DNA of 64,000 nt from Thermoplasmata archaeon (GTDB lineage Archaea > Thermoplasmatota > Thermoplasmata > RBG-16-68-12 > JAGMCJ01): assembly GCA_023136265.1 (NCBI GenBank), contig JAGLRN010000025.1, positions 12,470 through 76,469 of the forward strand, written 5' to 3'. The position numbers were made by a program, and so were the translations under genes. Under the pieces are notes generated by a model. That model worked only from the letters and a program-made list of their open reading frames with translations, made no database searches and was not told the origin of the DNA. Position 1 is the stretch's first letter; every line of letters starts with the position of its first letter. This document shows positions 46,016 to 55,034 of this stretch, piece after piece.

Positions 46016-46429
46016 CTAGAACTTGGCCCCGAGCTTCCTTGAGAGGTCGCCGACCTTCGTGTACTGGCACGTCAGTTTCCCGAGGGCCTCCTCGATCCTC
46101 TCCAAAGTGGACTCGGCATACGAGTCAGGAACGCCTATGTATACTCTCAACCTCTTGAACGCTTCCCTTCCTCTGGGCTTCTGGTAGGGGATCATGCCTC
46201 TGATCGTTCTCGTTACAATCTTGTCCGGCATTCTCGGGAAAAAGGGACCTGACGTCTGGCTACCTATGTCCCTAATCTCCTTGTATTCGTTGAGGACGGA
46301 TACCCTGTCCCCCGAAATGACCGCGAGCTCGGCATTGACCACAACGATTTCCTCCCCTTCGAGAAGCCTCTTGGCTATAACGCTGGCAAGCCTGCCAAGC
46401 ACGGAGCCAGTCGCATCGATCACTGCCAT
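46016..46429 (-). CDS. rpl13: 50S ribosomal protein L13 (uL13)
   Basis: IDA...LGRLAS..AK.LL, GPFFPRMP, RGMIP. Confidence 0.97.
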   Translation of the reverse strand: MAVIDATGSVLGRLASVIAKRLLEGEEIVVVNAELAVISGDRVSVLNEYKEIRDIGSQTSGPFFPRMPDKIVTRTIRGMIPYQKPRGREAFKRLRVYIGVPDSYAESTLERIEEALGKLTCQYTKVGDLSRKLGAKF

Positions 46430-46432
46430 GGT

Positions 46433-46795
46433 TCACCTCATTATTCTAACGCCACTTCCCTTCGGGTTCTTGTTCATGAGCTCCTCAATCGTCAGAACGA
46501 GGCCCCCGGAGTCCGTGATCTTCCTCCTTGCCACTTCGGAAGCGTGAAAGGAGGCCACGGTCACAGGCCTGTCTATGTTGCCAGAACCGAGAAGCTTGCC
46601 GGGGACGAGAATGACTTCCCCCTTCTTGGCGTATCTGGATATCCTGCTGATGTTCACTTCGGCCCAATTCCTCCGAGGTTTGCTCAGCCTGCAAGCTGTG
46701 TCCTTCCAAATGGGTGCTTTGTTCTCATAAGAGTGTCTCTTCAGCTCCTCTATGAGTTCCAATAATCTGGGGTTGGACTTCCCACTGCCAGGCAT
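46433..46795 (-). CDS. rpl18e: 50S ribosomal protein L18e (eL18)
   Basis: KSNPRL..LI, VNISRI, VPGKLLGSG, NPKG. Confidence 0.96.
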   Translation of the reverse strand: MPGSGKSNPRLLELIEELKRHSYENKAPIWKDTACRLSKPRRNWAEVNISRISRYAKKGEVILVPGKLLGSGNIDRPVTVASFHASEVARRKITDSGGLVLTIEELMNKNPKGSGVRIMR

Positions 46796-47064
46796 CGGAT
46801 ATCCTCTGAGGAGGGTCTAAAGAAGGGTCTTCATATAAACCTTTTGTCCATCCGGATTGGGAGAAATCGACATGCCAGACTAACGTTTTTTCGGGCTTCG
46901 AGCGGCCCATTGGAGATAGCTCCGGGACCTAAGTGTCCCGGGCAACGGGGTTCTCGGTGCGATCGGAGGTCGCAAACGAGCTTTTCTTGGGGACATTATC
47001 AAAAACTATAAATATAAATGCGCGCCAAATAGTAAGACCTTCGAGTTAACAGTCTGGTGGAGTA

Positions 47065-48087
47065 ATGATACGTTTCGGTCCTGCGGGCATTCCCCTATCG
47101 TGCAAAGGGAGAACCTTGCGAGATGGAATCGAGGACGTCCATAACCTGGGTCTGACCGCGATGGAAGTTCAGCTGGTCAGAGTGGGGCTCCTTGAACGAC
47201 ATCCCACTGAGGAAGAGGTCGGTCTTATAGCGAGGGACTTGCCGAACGAGCTGGTAGTTGAGATCATCAGGACGGAGGGATCGAGGGAGAGAGTGATTGC
47301 CAACCTCGACGCCGAGGTCAAGAAGGGGGACGTCCTTCGCATTCTGGCATCGGGCATAGCGAAGGATTATCACGAACTCGCCGAGCTGGGGAGGCTATCC
47401 AGGGACCTCGACATAGAGCTGAACCTTCACGCACCGTACTACATGGATCTCATCGGCGTAGAGGAGGTGCCAGAGAGGAGCGTGGACAGCGTAAAATGGG
47501 GCGGGCTCCTTGCCAATGAAATGGGAGCAAAGGTCGTGGTGACCCATCTCGGTCTCTACGGTGACCTGACGAACAGGCAAGCAAGCATAAGACTCCGGAA
47601 GAACCTAGATTCGATTCTCAAATGGTTCAGGTCAAGGAGAATCAAGACCAAGCTCGGGCTGGAGTCCAGCGGAAGACAGGAGGTGTTTGGGAGCGTGAAG
47701 GAGATCATCTCCCTCTGCGAGAAGTACAAAGGTGTCGTTCCCGTGCTCAACTTCTCACACATACACTCGCGGGAAGGTGGCTCGCTGAGGACCAGCGAAG
47801 ACTTCCAGAAGCTCTTCAACAGGTTCAAGAAGTACACGAAAGGCCACTTCCACACGCATTTCTCTGGAGTGGAACATGCGGACGGGAACGAGCTGAGATA
47901 CACGCCAATCAAGAAGGGTGATCTCAGGTTCGAACCTCTCGCTGAATGCATTCTGGACAACAACTATGACATCACACTGATCTCCGGTTCCCCACTCCTG
48001 GAACATGACGCGATGTACATGAAGGTCATGCTGGAGAGGGTCTTGGCCAGGAGAGTTGCGAAGTCCGCCAAGGGGGGAAAGAAATGA
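47065..48087 (+). CDS. AP endonuclease family 2 (endonuclease IV-like TIM barrel)
   Basis: RFGPAG.P, HAPYY, H.G, LE..G....FG, F.H.H.R, HFSG. Confidence 0.85.
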   Translation: MIRFGPAGIPLSCKGRTLRDGIEDVHNLGLTAMEVQLVRVGLLERHPTEEEVGLIARDLPNELVVEIIRTEGSRERVIANLDAEVKKGDVLRILASGIAKDYHELAELGRLSRDLDIELNLHAPYYMDLIGVEEVPERSVDSVKWGGLLANEMGAKVVVTHLGLYGDLTNRQASIRLRKNLDSILKWFRSRRIKTKLGLESSGRQEVFGSVKEIISLCEKYKGVVPVLNFSHIHSREGGSLRTSEDFQKLFNRFKKYTKGHFHTHFSGVEHADGNELRYTPIKKGDLRFEPLAECILDNNYDITLISGSPLLEHDAMYMKVMLERVLARRVAKSAKGGKK

Positions 48088-48635
48088 CCAACAGGGCAAA
48101 CGAGTCATCGCAATACATAGCGAAGAAGATAACCGAGATCCTCGCGAACGGGGATGAGAAGTCCATCGAGGAGGTCATCAGGCTCCTGCTGACCTCGGAC
48201 AAGGTGTTCATCTACGGTGCTGGCAGGTCCGGTCTGATAGGAAAGGCCTTCGCCATACGCCTGGTTCAGCTCGGTCTCAAGGTCTTCTTCATCGGTGAGA
48301 CAACGACCCCAATCGTTGACGACACTGATGTTGCGCTGATTATCTCGAACACAGGCGAGACTATGTCAGCGATCCAGACGGCGAACATCATCAGGCGCGT
48401 CGGGGCGAAGGTAGTAGTGATAACCAGCAAGAAGCTTTCCAAGCTCGCACACGCGGGTAACGTAGTCGTCACTCTGGATCCCGAGCCAGATGATGGCACC
48501 GCGGCTCTCGCCCCACTTGGCACCCTTTTCGAGGATTCAACACTCATATTCTTGGATGGGATCATTGCGCAAATCATGGAGAAAAGGAAGGAAACGGAGT
48601 CCAAGATGAGAGGCAGGCACGCTATCTGGGTTTGA
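48084..48635 (+). CDS. hxlB: SIS-domain 6-phospho-3-hexuloisomerase-like protein
   Basis: GAGRSGLIGKAFAIRL, GETTTP, APLGTLFE, MRGRHA. Confidence 0.85.
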   Translation: MTNRANESSQYIAKKITEILANGDEKSIEEVIRLLLTSDKVFIYGAGRSGLIGKAFAIRLVQLGLKVFFIGETTTPIVDDTDVALIISNTGETMSAIQTANIIRRVGAKVVVITSKKLSKLAHAGNVVVTLDPEPDDGTAALAPLGTLFEDSTLIFLDGIIAQIMEKRKETESKMRGRHAIWV

Positions 48636-49048
48636 GCGGGAGCTTCTTTCTTCATCCTTCCGTATGGATCTTCATATTCCTCCCAGTAGACGGCGAAAGG
48701 TGCGACCACGCATTCCTCCCCAGAGAGCGTGAAGGCCTCGATTTGCAGCTCCAACGGGTCCAGGACGATTGCGAAGGGGAACTCCTCCCGGAACATCCGC
48801 CGCTGCGTCTCGATGTCCTTGGGCGACATGAAGCAGGTGTATCCAGGGTGGGAGTGGTACCAACCAACGATGACGTAGTCGAAATCTGCCTTGTCGAGGC
48901 GATCGAAGAGCGCTTCGAACCCGTTCCTGTCGAAACTCACGGAGATGCCCGTTGCCTGGAGTTACGTTGTAACTGCGTCCTTGACTATGGCGTAGGCTTT
49001 GCCCAAATGAGCGAAGACATCGCCCAGAAGCAGCCCCATGACATGCAC
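48622..49048 (-). pseudogene. Disrupted Rpn11/CSN5-type JAMM (MPN+) metalloprotease gene
   Basis: Frame reads VHVMGLLLG...AVTT*LQATGISV...VGWYHSHPGYTCFMSPKDIETQ..., with an in-frame TAA at 48962-48964. The N-terminal strand and catalytic Glu are absent. The C-terminus has no stop unless a 1-nt shift near 48650 leads to the TAG at 48622-48624. Confidence 0.75.
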
Positions 49049-49294
49049 CTAGCCGCCCTCGGGGTCAGGTATCAGCTCGACCACGTCACCCTCGCGAATC
49101 TCCGCATCCACAATCGTGGATTGCCCGCGCAGTACCGTCTTGCCCCGCCAGAGAACATAGGCACCGGGAGAGACCTCCCAGTAGCTGGCCGCGCTCTCGA
49201 TTATCTCTTCCACGGTATTCTCGGCCTCCAACTCCATCTCGACCGAGGACCCTGTTTCCGCGTTCTTCACCGTGATTCTCGTTGTCACAACCAC
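49049..49294 (-). CDS. Ubiquitin-like beta-grasp protein with C-terminal Gly-Gly
   Basis: 81 aa. RITVKN..TG..VEMEL....TVEEII and T..D..IREGDVVELIPDPEGG*. Confidence 0.85.
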   Translation of the reverse strand: MVVTTRITVKNAETGSSVEMELEAENTVEEIIESAASYWEVSPGAYVLWRGKTVLRGQSTIVDAEIREGDVVELIPDPEGG

Positions 49295-49457
49295 TCCCCC
49301 GTGAGGTTATTGCCTGAGGCGGTCTTAAAGGTTTTCGGAACTGACACATCTAGCGTTCGACGTGATTGGGGCAATCTGGATTCTTTGCGATCTCGAGGGT
49401 TTCGGCAACGTTTCTGAACCCGTAGATGTGCGTACGACTATCGTTCGGACCGATGTT

Positions 49458-50156
49458 CTATTTGCGACCGCGCTCGATCATTCCCATAATCAACAGACAT
49501 GCCAGCAAGACCCTGCGGTCGAAATCCGGAGGCACGCTCATGCAGTTCAAATCCCAGATGTCTCCTATGATCTTGAACCTCTGATCGATCGCCGCGACCG
49601 GAACGCCGTGCAACTTGAAGGTCATCTTCTCGGGGATCAACGCTCCACCGGGTACGTATTTCCTAGCTAGACCACGTCCTTTCTCTTCGTATATTCCACC
49701 GATGAGCTGGTCGTGGGCGTTGTAGACCTCCCACTCGTCCCTCACGAACATCGAAGCCAAGGCCTTCCTCTTGATGAAGCCCAGAGTGGTGTTCGTCTGA
49801 GAGTCGATGACCGCGAAGGTCGCCCAAACATCCAGTATCTGCTGTTGCTTGATTCTGAAGAGCTCCTGCTTCATTTTCTCGTCAGTGTAGATCCTGATGT
49901 CCTCCTTCAGCCTGAACATTTTCTGCTTTGCGAACCCCAGGGTCCTTCCTCTTCGGTCCTCGATCCAGTACTTGTTCCACACGGTCAAGACCTTCTTCCT
50001 GATGCTGTAGGCATTCTGAAACCATATGGCTGCGGAAGATGGGGGCTGTTGCGGCGTAGGCTTGGCTTGGATGTATTTCTTGCACTGATAGCAATACCAT
50101 TTACCATACTTCTTCACCCAGGTCAGTTGACCTTTGCATGTTGGACACACGCTCAT
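49458..50156 (-). CDS. Zinc ribbon + LURP-one/scramblase (Tubby C-like) domain protein
   Basis: CPTC..WYCYQC followed by 'Y.IRKK......Y.I.D..G..LG..KQK...LKE.I' beta-barrel strands and a terminal hydrophobic helix. Confidence 0.72.
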   Translation of the reverse strand: MSVCPTCKGQLTWVKKYGKWYCYQCKKYIQAKPTPQQPPSSAAIWFQNAYSIRKKVLTVWNKYWIEDRRGRTLGFAKQKMFRLKEDIRIYTDEKMKQELFRIKQQQILDVWATFAVIDSQTNTTLGFIKRKALASMFVRDEWEVYNAHDQLIGGIYEEKGRGLARKYVPGGALIPEKMTFKLHGVPVAAIDQRFKIIGDIWDLNCMSVPPDFDRRVLLACLLIMGMIERGRK

Positions 50157-50348
50157 GTATCACCCTCCCTTATTCCCTTCTCAAGCTACGTTGACTCGGG
50201 CTTGTTCCCTCCAGCCCGAAGTCGTAGGAGAATCCCCCACCTTACTTATATTCCTATCCCTCATTCGTCTGTGGGCCCGTGAATTCGCTCAGTGATGGCC
50301 GAAAGGCGAAGGATTATTACTCGTGAGTTCATTGGGAAGGCGAATCCG

Positions 50349-51467
50349 ATGCCAGAAGATTTCATTGTCACGCCATGGGAGGTCAAGGGCGAGATCGACT
50401 ACGACAAGCTAGTGGAAAGGTTCGGAACTCAGTTGATCTCCCAGGAGATTCTGGATAGACTGGAGAAGCATGCTTCACCTCTGCACCACCTCTTGAGAAG
50501 AGGGATCTTCTATTCGCATCGCGACTTCGATCGAATCCTGGACGAGTACGAGAAGGGCAATGGCTTCTTCCTGTACACTGGTCGAGGTCCCTCGGGTCAC
50601 ATCCATCTGGGCCACTTGCTGCCTTGGATTCTCACGAAATGGCTTCAGGACAACTTCAAGATCAAGTTCTACTTCCAGCTGACAGACGATGAGAAGTTCA
50701 TGTTCGATGATCGCCTCACGAGAGAGGACACCAAGAAGTACGCTTACGAGAACATGCTGGATGTCATTGCCTTGGGATTCGATCCCAAACTGACGAGGAT
50801 ATTCCTGGACACTGAGCTGATTCACACGCTCTACCCGATAGCGATTGACGTCGCCAGGAGGATCAATTTCTCTAAGGTCCGCGCGGTCTTCGGCTTCGAC
50901 AGCAGCCACAACATCGGAAGCATCTTTTACACGAGCGTTCAGGCGGTTCCCTGTTTTCTCGAGTCGGTGCTCGAGGGCAGGAACATCGCTTGTCTGATTC
51001 CCTGCGGGATTGACCAGGACCCTCATTTCAGAATCGCCAGAGATGTCGCTCCCTTGCTCGGATACTACAAGCCAGCGCTCCTGCACAACAAGCTTCTCCC
51101 GAGCTTGGCGGGTGGAGACAAGATGTCCGCCTCGCTTCCCCACACGAGCGTGTTCACGACGGACCAACCTGATGACGTAAGGAAGAAGATCGTCAACGCC
51201 TTCACAGGCGGGCGGGTCTCCGTGGAGGAGCAGAAGAGACTGGGAGCCAGTCCGGACATCTGCACGGTCTATCACTATTACATGCACTTCTTCATGCCAG
51301 AGGATGATGAGCTGAGAGACATCTATCTCAAGTGCAAGGGCGGCGAGATCCTCTGCGGGGAATGCAAGCAGATCCTCACCGAAAAGATCAATGGGTTCTT
51401 GAAGGAGCACCAGCAGAAGCGTGAAGAAGCCAAGGACAGGATCGAGGATTTCATACTCCGGGACTGA
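50349..51467 (+). CDS. trpS: Tryptophan--tRNA ligase (archaeal/eukaryote type)
   Basis: VTPWEV, YTGRGPS, HLGH, DQDPHFR, KMSAS. Confidence 0.97.
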   Translation: MPEDFIVTPWEVKGEIDYDKLVERFGTQLISQEILDRLEKHASPLHHLLRRGIFYSHRDFDRILDEYEKGNGFFLYTGRGPSGHIHLGHLLPWILTKWLQDNFKIKFYFQLTDDEKFMFDDRLTREDTKKYAYENMLDVIALGFDPKLTRIFLDTELIHTLYPIAIDVARRINFSKVRAVFGFDSSHNIGSIFYTSVQAVPCFLESVLEGRNIACLIPCGIDQDPHFRIARDVAPLLGYYKPALLHNKLLPSLAGGDKMSASLPHTSVFTTDQPDDVRKKIVNAFTGGRVSVEEQKRLGASPDICTVYHYYMHFFMPEDDELRDIYLKCKGGEILCGECKQILTEKINGFLKEHQQKREEAKDRIEDFILRD

Positions 51468-51493
51468 AAAGAATAAATCGCAAGTGACCATTC

Positions 51494-53029
51494 GTGATTG
51501 TGATGGATGTCGACGACCTAATGGACGAACTGAGCCTCCTCGAGAAGAGAGTCCTTCTCGCGTTCGGAGATGTCAGCTCGGCCGCTCCGGAGGAGCTTCT
51601 GAAGCGCGGAAGGTTCGCGGAGCTCGTCGAGGTCATGAACGCCTCCTCCTGGCTCCAGTCCAAGGGACTCGTCACGATAACTGAGAAGGTCATCAGCTAC
51701 TACTCTCTGGCCAAGAAGCAGTGGGCGACGAAGAGCCTTCCCGAGAGAAGAGCGCTGAAGGCACTGAGGAAAGCCAGGGGAAGGACCGACCTCGGAACAC
51801 TCCAGGAGAGGGCACGGCTCTCACCGAAGGAGGTTCGGATTGCCATTGGATGGATGAAGAGAAAGGCGTGGGCGACCATAGAGAAGGAAGACGGAGGCAC
51901 GGTTCTGATCATCACCGAGCACGGAAAGAGGGCCGTCACCGAGAAGGGCAGGGACGAGGAGCTCATTCAGCGCCTCTCAGAAGGAGAGCTGTCCGAGAGC
52001 GATGTCGACGCCGCAACGATCGGAATGCTGCTGAGAAGGCAGGATGTGGTCAGGGAAAGGGAAAGAGTCCTCCGCGAGATCTCGCTCACTGACCTGGGAA
52101 AGGAGTGCATACAGAAGGGCATCAAGATGGGAGAGGAGGTTGCACAGCTGACACCTGAACTGCTGCAGACGGGGAAGTGGAAGGAAGTCAGCTTCAGGAA
52201 GTACGATATAGATGCCTTTGCTCCGCCGGTCTCTGGCGGGAGGAAGCATCCCCTTGTGGAGCACATCAGAAAGGTCAAGCGCATCTTCGCGGAGATGGGC
52301 TTCGAGGAGATCGAGGGCGACTTCGTCGAGCTCAGCTTTTGGGACTTCGATGCGCTCTTTCAACCCCAGGACCACCCGGCTCGGGACATGCAGGACACGT
52401 TCTACCTGTCAGAGCCAAGGACACTGCCTCTTCCTCCGGAGGAGCTGGTCCAGAGAATCAAGGAGATGCATGAATCCGGCGGGGACACCGCCTCGGAAGG
52501 CTGGAAGTACGACTGGGACGTCGACGAGGCCAGGAAGGCGATACTGAGAACACACACAACGGTGAACACGCTCAGATATCTCTCAGAGCACCCGGACCCG
52601 CCAATCAAGGTCTTCTCCGTCGGCAGAGTCTTCAGACGGGAGGCGATGGACTCGAAGCATCTTCCCGAATTCATCCAGGTCGAGGGAATCGTCATGGAGG
52701 AAGGGGCCAATCTCGCAATGCTCATCGGCGTGCTGAAGGAGTTCTACAGGAAGATGGGATATGACAAGATCAACATCAGACCGGGCTATTTCCCGTACAC
52801 AGAGCCTAGCCTGGAAGTGGAGATGTACTTGAACGGGGAGTGGGTCGAGCTCGGCGGTGCCGGGATACTCAGACCAGAAGTCACTCGTCCGTTCGGTGTG
52901 AAGCATCCTGTTCTTGCCTGGGGACTCGGACTCGAAAGGCTGGTCATGGCCCTAACAAGCACTGCCGACATGCGAACAATATACGTGAGTGATATCGAGT
53001 GGCTGAAGAAAGCCAAACCCATATTCTGA
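51494..53029 (+). CDS. pheS: Phenylalanine--tRNA ligase alpha subunit
   Basis: FDALFQPQDHPARDMQDTF, LRTHTT, FRRE, GYFPYTEPS, GLGLERL. Confidence 0.97.
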   Translation: MIVMDVDDLMDELSLLEKRVLLAFGDVSSAAPEELLKRGRFAELVEVMNASSWLQSKGLVTITEKVISYYSLAKKQWATKSLPERRALKALRKARGRTDLGTLQERARLSPKEVRIAIGWMKRKAWATIEKEDGGTVLIITEHGKRAVTEKGRDEELIQRLSEGELSESDVDAATIGMLLRRQDVVRERERVLREISLTDLGKECIQKGIKMGEEVAQLTPELLQTGKWKEVSFRKYDIDAFAPPVSGGRKHPLVEHIRKVKRIFAEMGFEEIEGDFVELSFWDFDALFQPQDHPARDMQDTFYLSEPRTLPLPPEELVQRIKEMHESGGDTASEGWKYDWDVDEARKAILRTHTTVNTLRYLSEHPDPPIKVFSVGRVFRREAMDSKHLPEFIQVEGIVMEEGANLAMLIGVLKEFYRKMGYDKINIRPGYFPYTEPSLEVEMYLNGEWVELGGAGILRPEVTRPFGVKHPVLAWGLGLERLVMALTSTADMRTIYVSDIEWLKKAKPIF

Positions 53030-53320
53030 CTACATTTGGGAAGTCTTGGATCTCCCCTGAAGACTGATCTTGTAGGACATCCTCAGGATCTTCAAAACAT
53101 AGCTGGCTCGATTCAAGGCTTCGAGCGTCTCCAAGACCCGGCCCGAGTCATCGACGTTGAACTCCCTTTCCGATAGCGGATAGACGAGCTTGTCCCCTCG
53201 AACCCTCCAACCATAGGGACGTGTTGCGGAAACAACCGACCGCGGTGGATTCTTCGTTCCCTCAAGCCTCAACTCCAGATAGGCGCCAGATATCATGATC
53301 GCAACCATTACGAAGAGCAT
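53030..53320 (-). CDS. Hypothetical protein
   Basis: 96-aa ORF that fills the gap between pheS and the TPR gene. No motif recognised. Confidence 0.5.
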   Translation of the reverse strand: MLFVMVAIMISGAYLELRLEGTKNPPRSVVSATRPYGWRVRGDKLVYPLSEREFNVDDSGRVLETLEALNRASYVLKILRMSYKISLQGRSKTSQM

Positions 53321-53433
53321 TCTGAGCCATTAAGCCACTTTCGTCAGGATTATCATCCGTGATAATCTGGTTTCCGACTCCTGACCAAACTTTTATCTCG
53401 GTGTTGTCAATACGGCACTTGAGAGGACTGCTC

Positions 53434-53925
53434 ATGAAAGAAGTCGAGGAAGAAATCGCCGACGGCGAGAGGCTATTGGGGATGTACCAATACGATGAGG
53501 CGCTCAAGCATTTCAACAAGGCAACGAAGATGGCCCCGGAGAACGCGAGGGGATTCTTCGGCAAGGCGGAGGCGAGCATTGGGAATCCGAAGGCCAAACC
53601 CGAGAAGATCGCCGACCTCTACAAGAAGGCGATAGAGCTGGAACCGGACAACCCTCAGTACATTGAGGCCTACGCTTCTTTCTGCATGGACGTTGGAAGA
53701 TTCAATGAAGCAGAGCAGTTCTACGTCAAGGCCAGCGAACTCGATTCGGAAAGCGCGCCGTACTACCTTTCGGAATTCGCCATTCAATACTATCTAAAGG
53801 CACCCATAATAATGGAGAGGTTCCTCGATGAGAAGACGAAGGACATGATAGCCTCGAAGTCGCTGGAGTATCTGTTGAGGGCGTTGGGCATAGAGCGCGA
53901 CGAGGCGCTCCGACTACTGAAATAG
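53434..53925 (+). CDS. Tetratricopeptide repeat protein
   Basis: YDEALKHFNKA..MAPEN, YKKAIELEPDN, AEQFYVKASELD. Confidence 0.88.
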   Translation: MKEVEEEIADGERLLGMYQYDEALKHFNKATKMAPENARGFFGKAEASIGNPKAKPEKIADLYKKAIELEPDNPQYIEAYASFCMDVGRFNEAEQFYVKASELDSESAPYYLSEFAIQYYLKAPIIMERFLDEKTKDMIASKSLEYLLRALGIERDEALRLLK

Positions 53926-54093
53926 GCGTGTCCTCGGTCTCTCCTGTTTTTCGGGCTTTTGCCTCTTGGAGAGGCACGCCTTGCACGTGGTCATGCGGAA
54001 ATCGAAATCGTTTCTGCACACGGGCTTTCCACAGAATGAGCATGTGTGCGTCGCGGGAGCACCGCAGATGTGACATATGGATATCAGACTCAA
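53914..54093 (-). CDS. Small zinc-finger protein (59 aa), absent from the ORF track
   Basis: TTG start. MSLISICHICGAPATHTCSFCGKPVCRNDFDFRMTTCKACLSKRQKPEKQERPRTRLFQ*, with three CxxC pairs plus one Cys, downstream of mptA. Confidence 0.75.
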   Translation of the reverse strand: MSLISICHICGAPATHTCSFCGKPVCRNDFDFRMTTCKACLSKRQKPEKQERPRTRLFQ

Positions 54094-54133
54094 CGTGGGT
54101 GTATGGGATTAGCGGAATAAACCTTTGCGGGAG

Positions 54134-55000
54134 CTATCCCCGCAGTTCTCCCAGAGTGGTTACCCTCTCTGCGAAGGCGTTGTGCTTGTGGATCGATTCC
54201 TCGCTCTCGCTCTTGACCTGGACCTGAACCCAGTCGGGCAAGTCCTTGAACGCCTCCAGAATGTGCGCCAGGACCCCTCTCACGACGTCCTCGACGAATC
54301 TCGGGTTCGAGTGTGCCCGTCTGACGAGCTCCGCCTCGTCCTCCCTTTTCAGTATCTCATACGTCGGGCTGCTCATCGATCTCTCCACTATGTGCACAAG
54401 GTCATCTGCCTCAACGGTCATACCCTCTGGAACGTCCATCATCACGAATGTCTTGTTTCTCTGATTGTGAGTGATGGCTTGCTCCACCCTTAAACCGCTG
54501 GTGCTGCCGCTGATGGTCTCCATGGCACAGGGACACGTGGTCATGCCAACGACCTCGACTCCGATTGATTTCTTGGTTCCTGGCTCCTCACCGCCGCGGG
54601 CTTCGGCCCTGGCAACGAGCTTGTACCTCTCGAGGCTCTTCGTCCCCAGCGGGGTCTCCTTCTCCAAGAAGTAGTACGCGCTGGCCCTGGCCTCAGAGTA
54701 AGAGGCGTACTCATGCCGCTCAAGGAGTTTCCTGCATATCATCAGTGAGAGGTCCTCCAGGCCAGCGACCGGCTGCCTGACGGAGCTGTCAACGATCTCG
54801 CCGATGGCCTCCAGGTTCCTGGACATATGGCTGCCCTTCATTGAGGAGGGCAGGTCAACAAAAACGTCAAGGTCGACGGTGAGTGTTGTCGCTCTATCTG
54901 GTCTCCTCACTCTCACGGGCTTCTTGACGTCCGTAACGCCGACACGAGTGAGGATGAACTTGTTATCGGACCGTTCGTTCTGAATATCTCTGGAAGCCAT
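54134..55000 (-). CDS. mptA: GTP cyclohydrolase MptA (FolE2 family)
   Basis: LTRVGV, KGSHMSR, GMTTCPCA, THNQR, NPRFVED, ESIHKHNA. Confidence 0.94.
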   Translation of the reverse strand: MASRDIQNERSDNKFILTRVGVTDVKKPVRVRRPDRATTLTVDLDVFVDLPSSMKGSHMSRNLEAIGEIVDSSVRQPVAGLEDLSLMICRKLLERHEYASYSEARASAYYFLEKETPLGTKSLERYKLVARAEARGGEEPGTKKSIGVEVVGMTTCPCAMETISGSTSGLRVEQAITHNQRNKTFVMMDVPEGMTVEADDLVHIVERSMSSPTYEILKREDEAELVRRAHSNPRFVEDVVRGVLAHILEAFKDLPDWVQVQVKSESEESIHKHNAFAERVTTLGELRG

Positions 55001-55034
55001 TGTCTCCCCCGCAAATATGACTGCCTCCCTTAAA

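Noticed and set aside
49049-49051. Pyrrolysine or stop-codon readthrough fusing the Ubl to the JAMM domain
   Set aside because: The downstream frame also contains a TAA, lacks the catalytic Glu and seems frameshifted near its end. TAG and TAA end many normal genes in this window, so decay is the simpler explanation.
48632-49417. 261-aa plus-strand ORF over the Ubl/JAMM locus
   Set aside because: It is an antisense shadow with no motif, while the minus strand carries recognisable domains.
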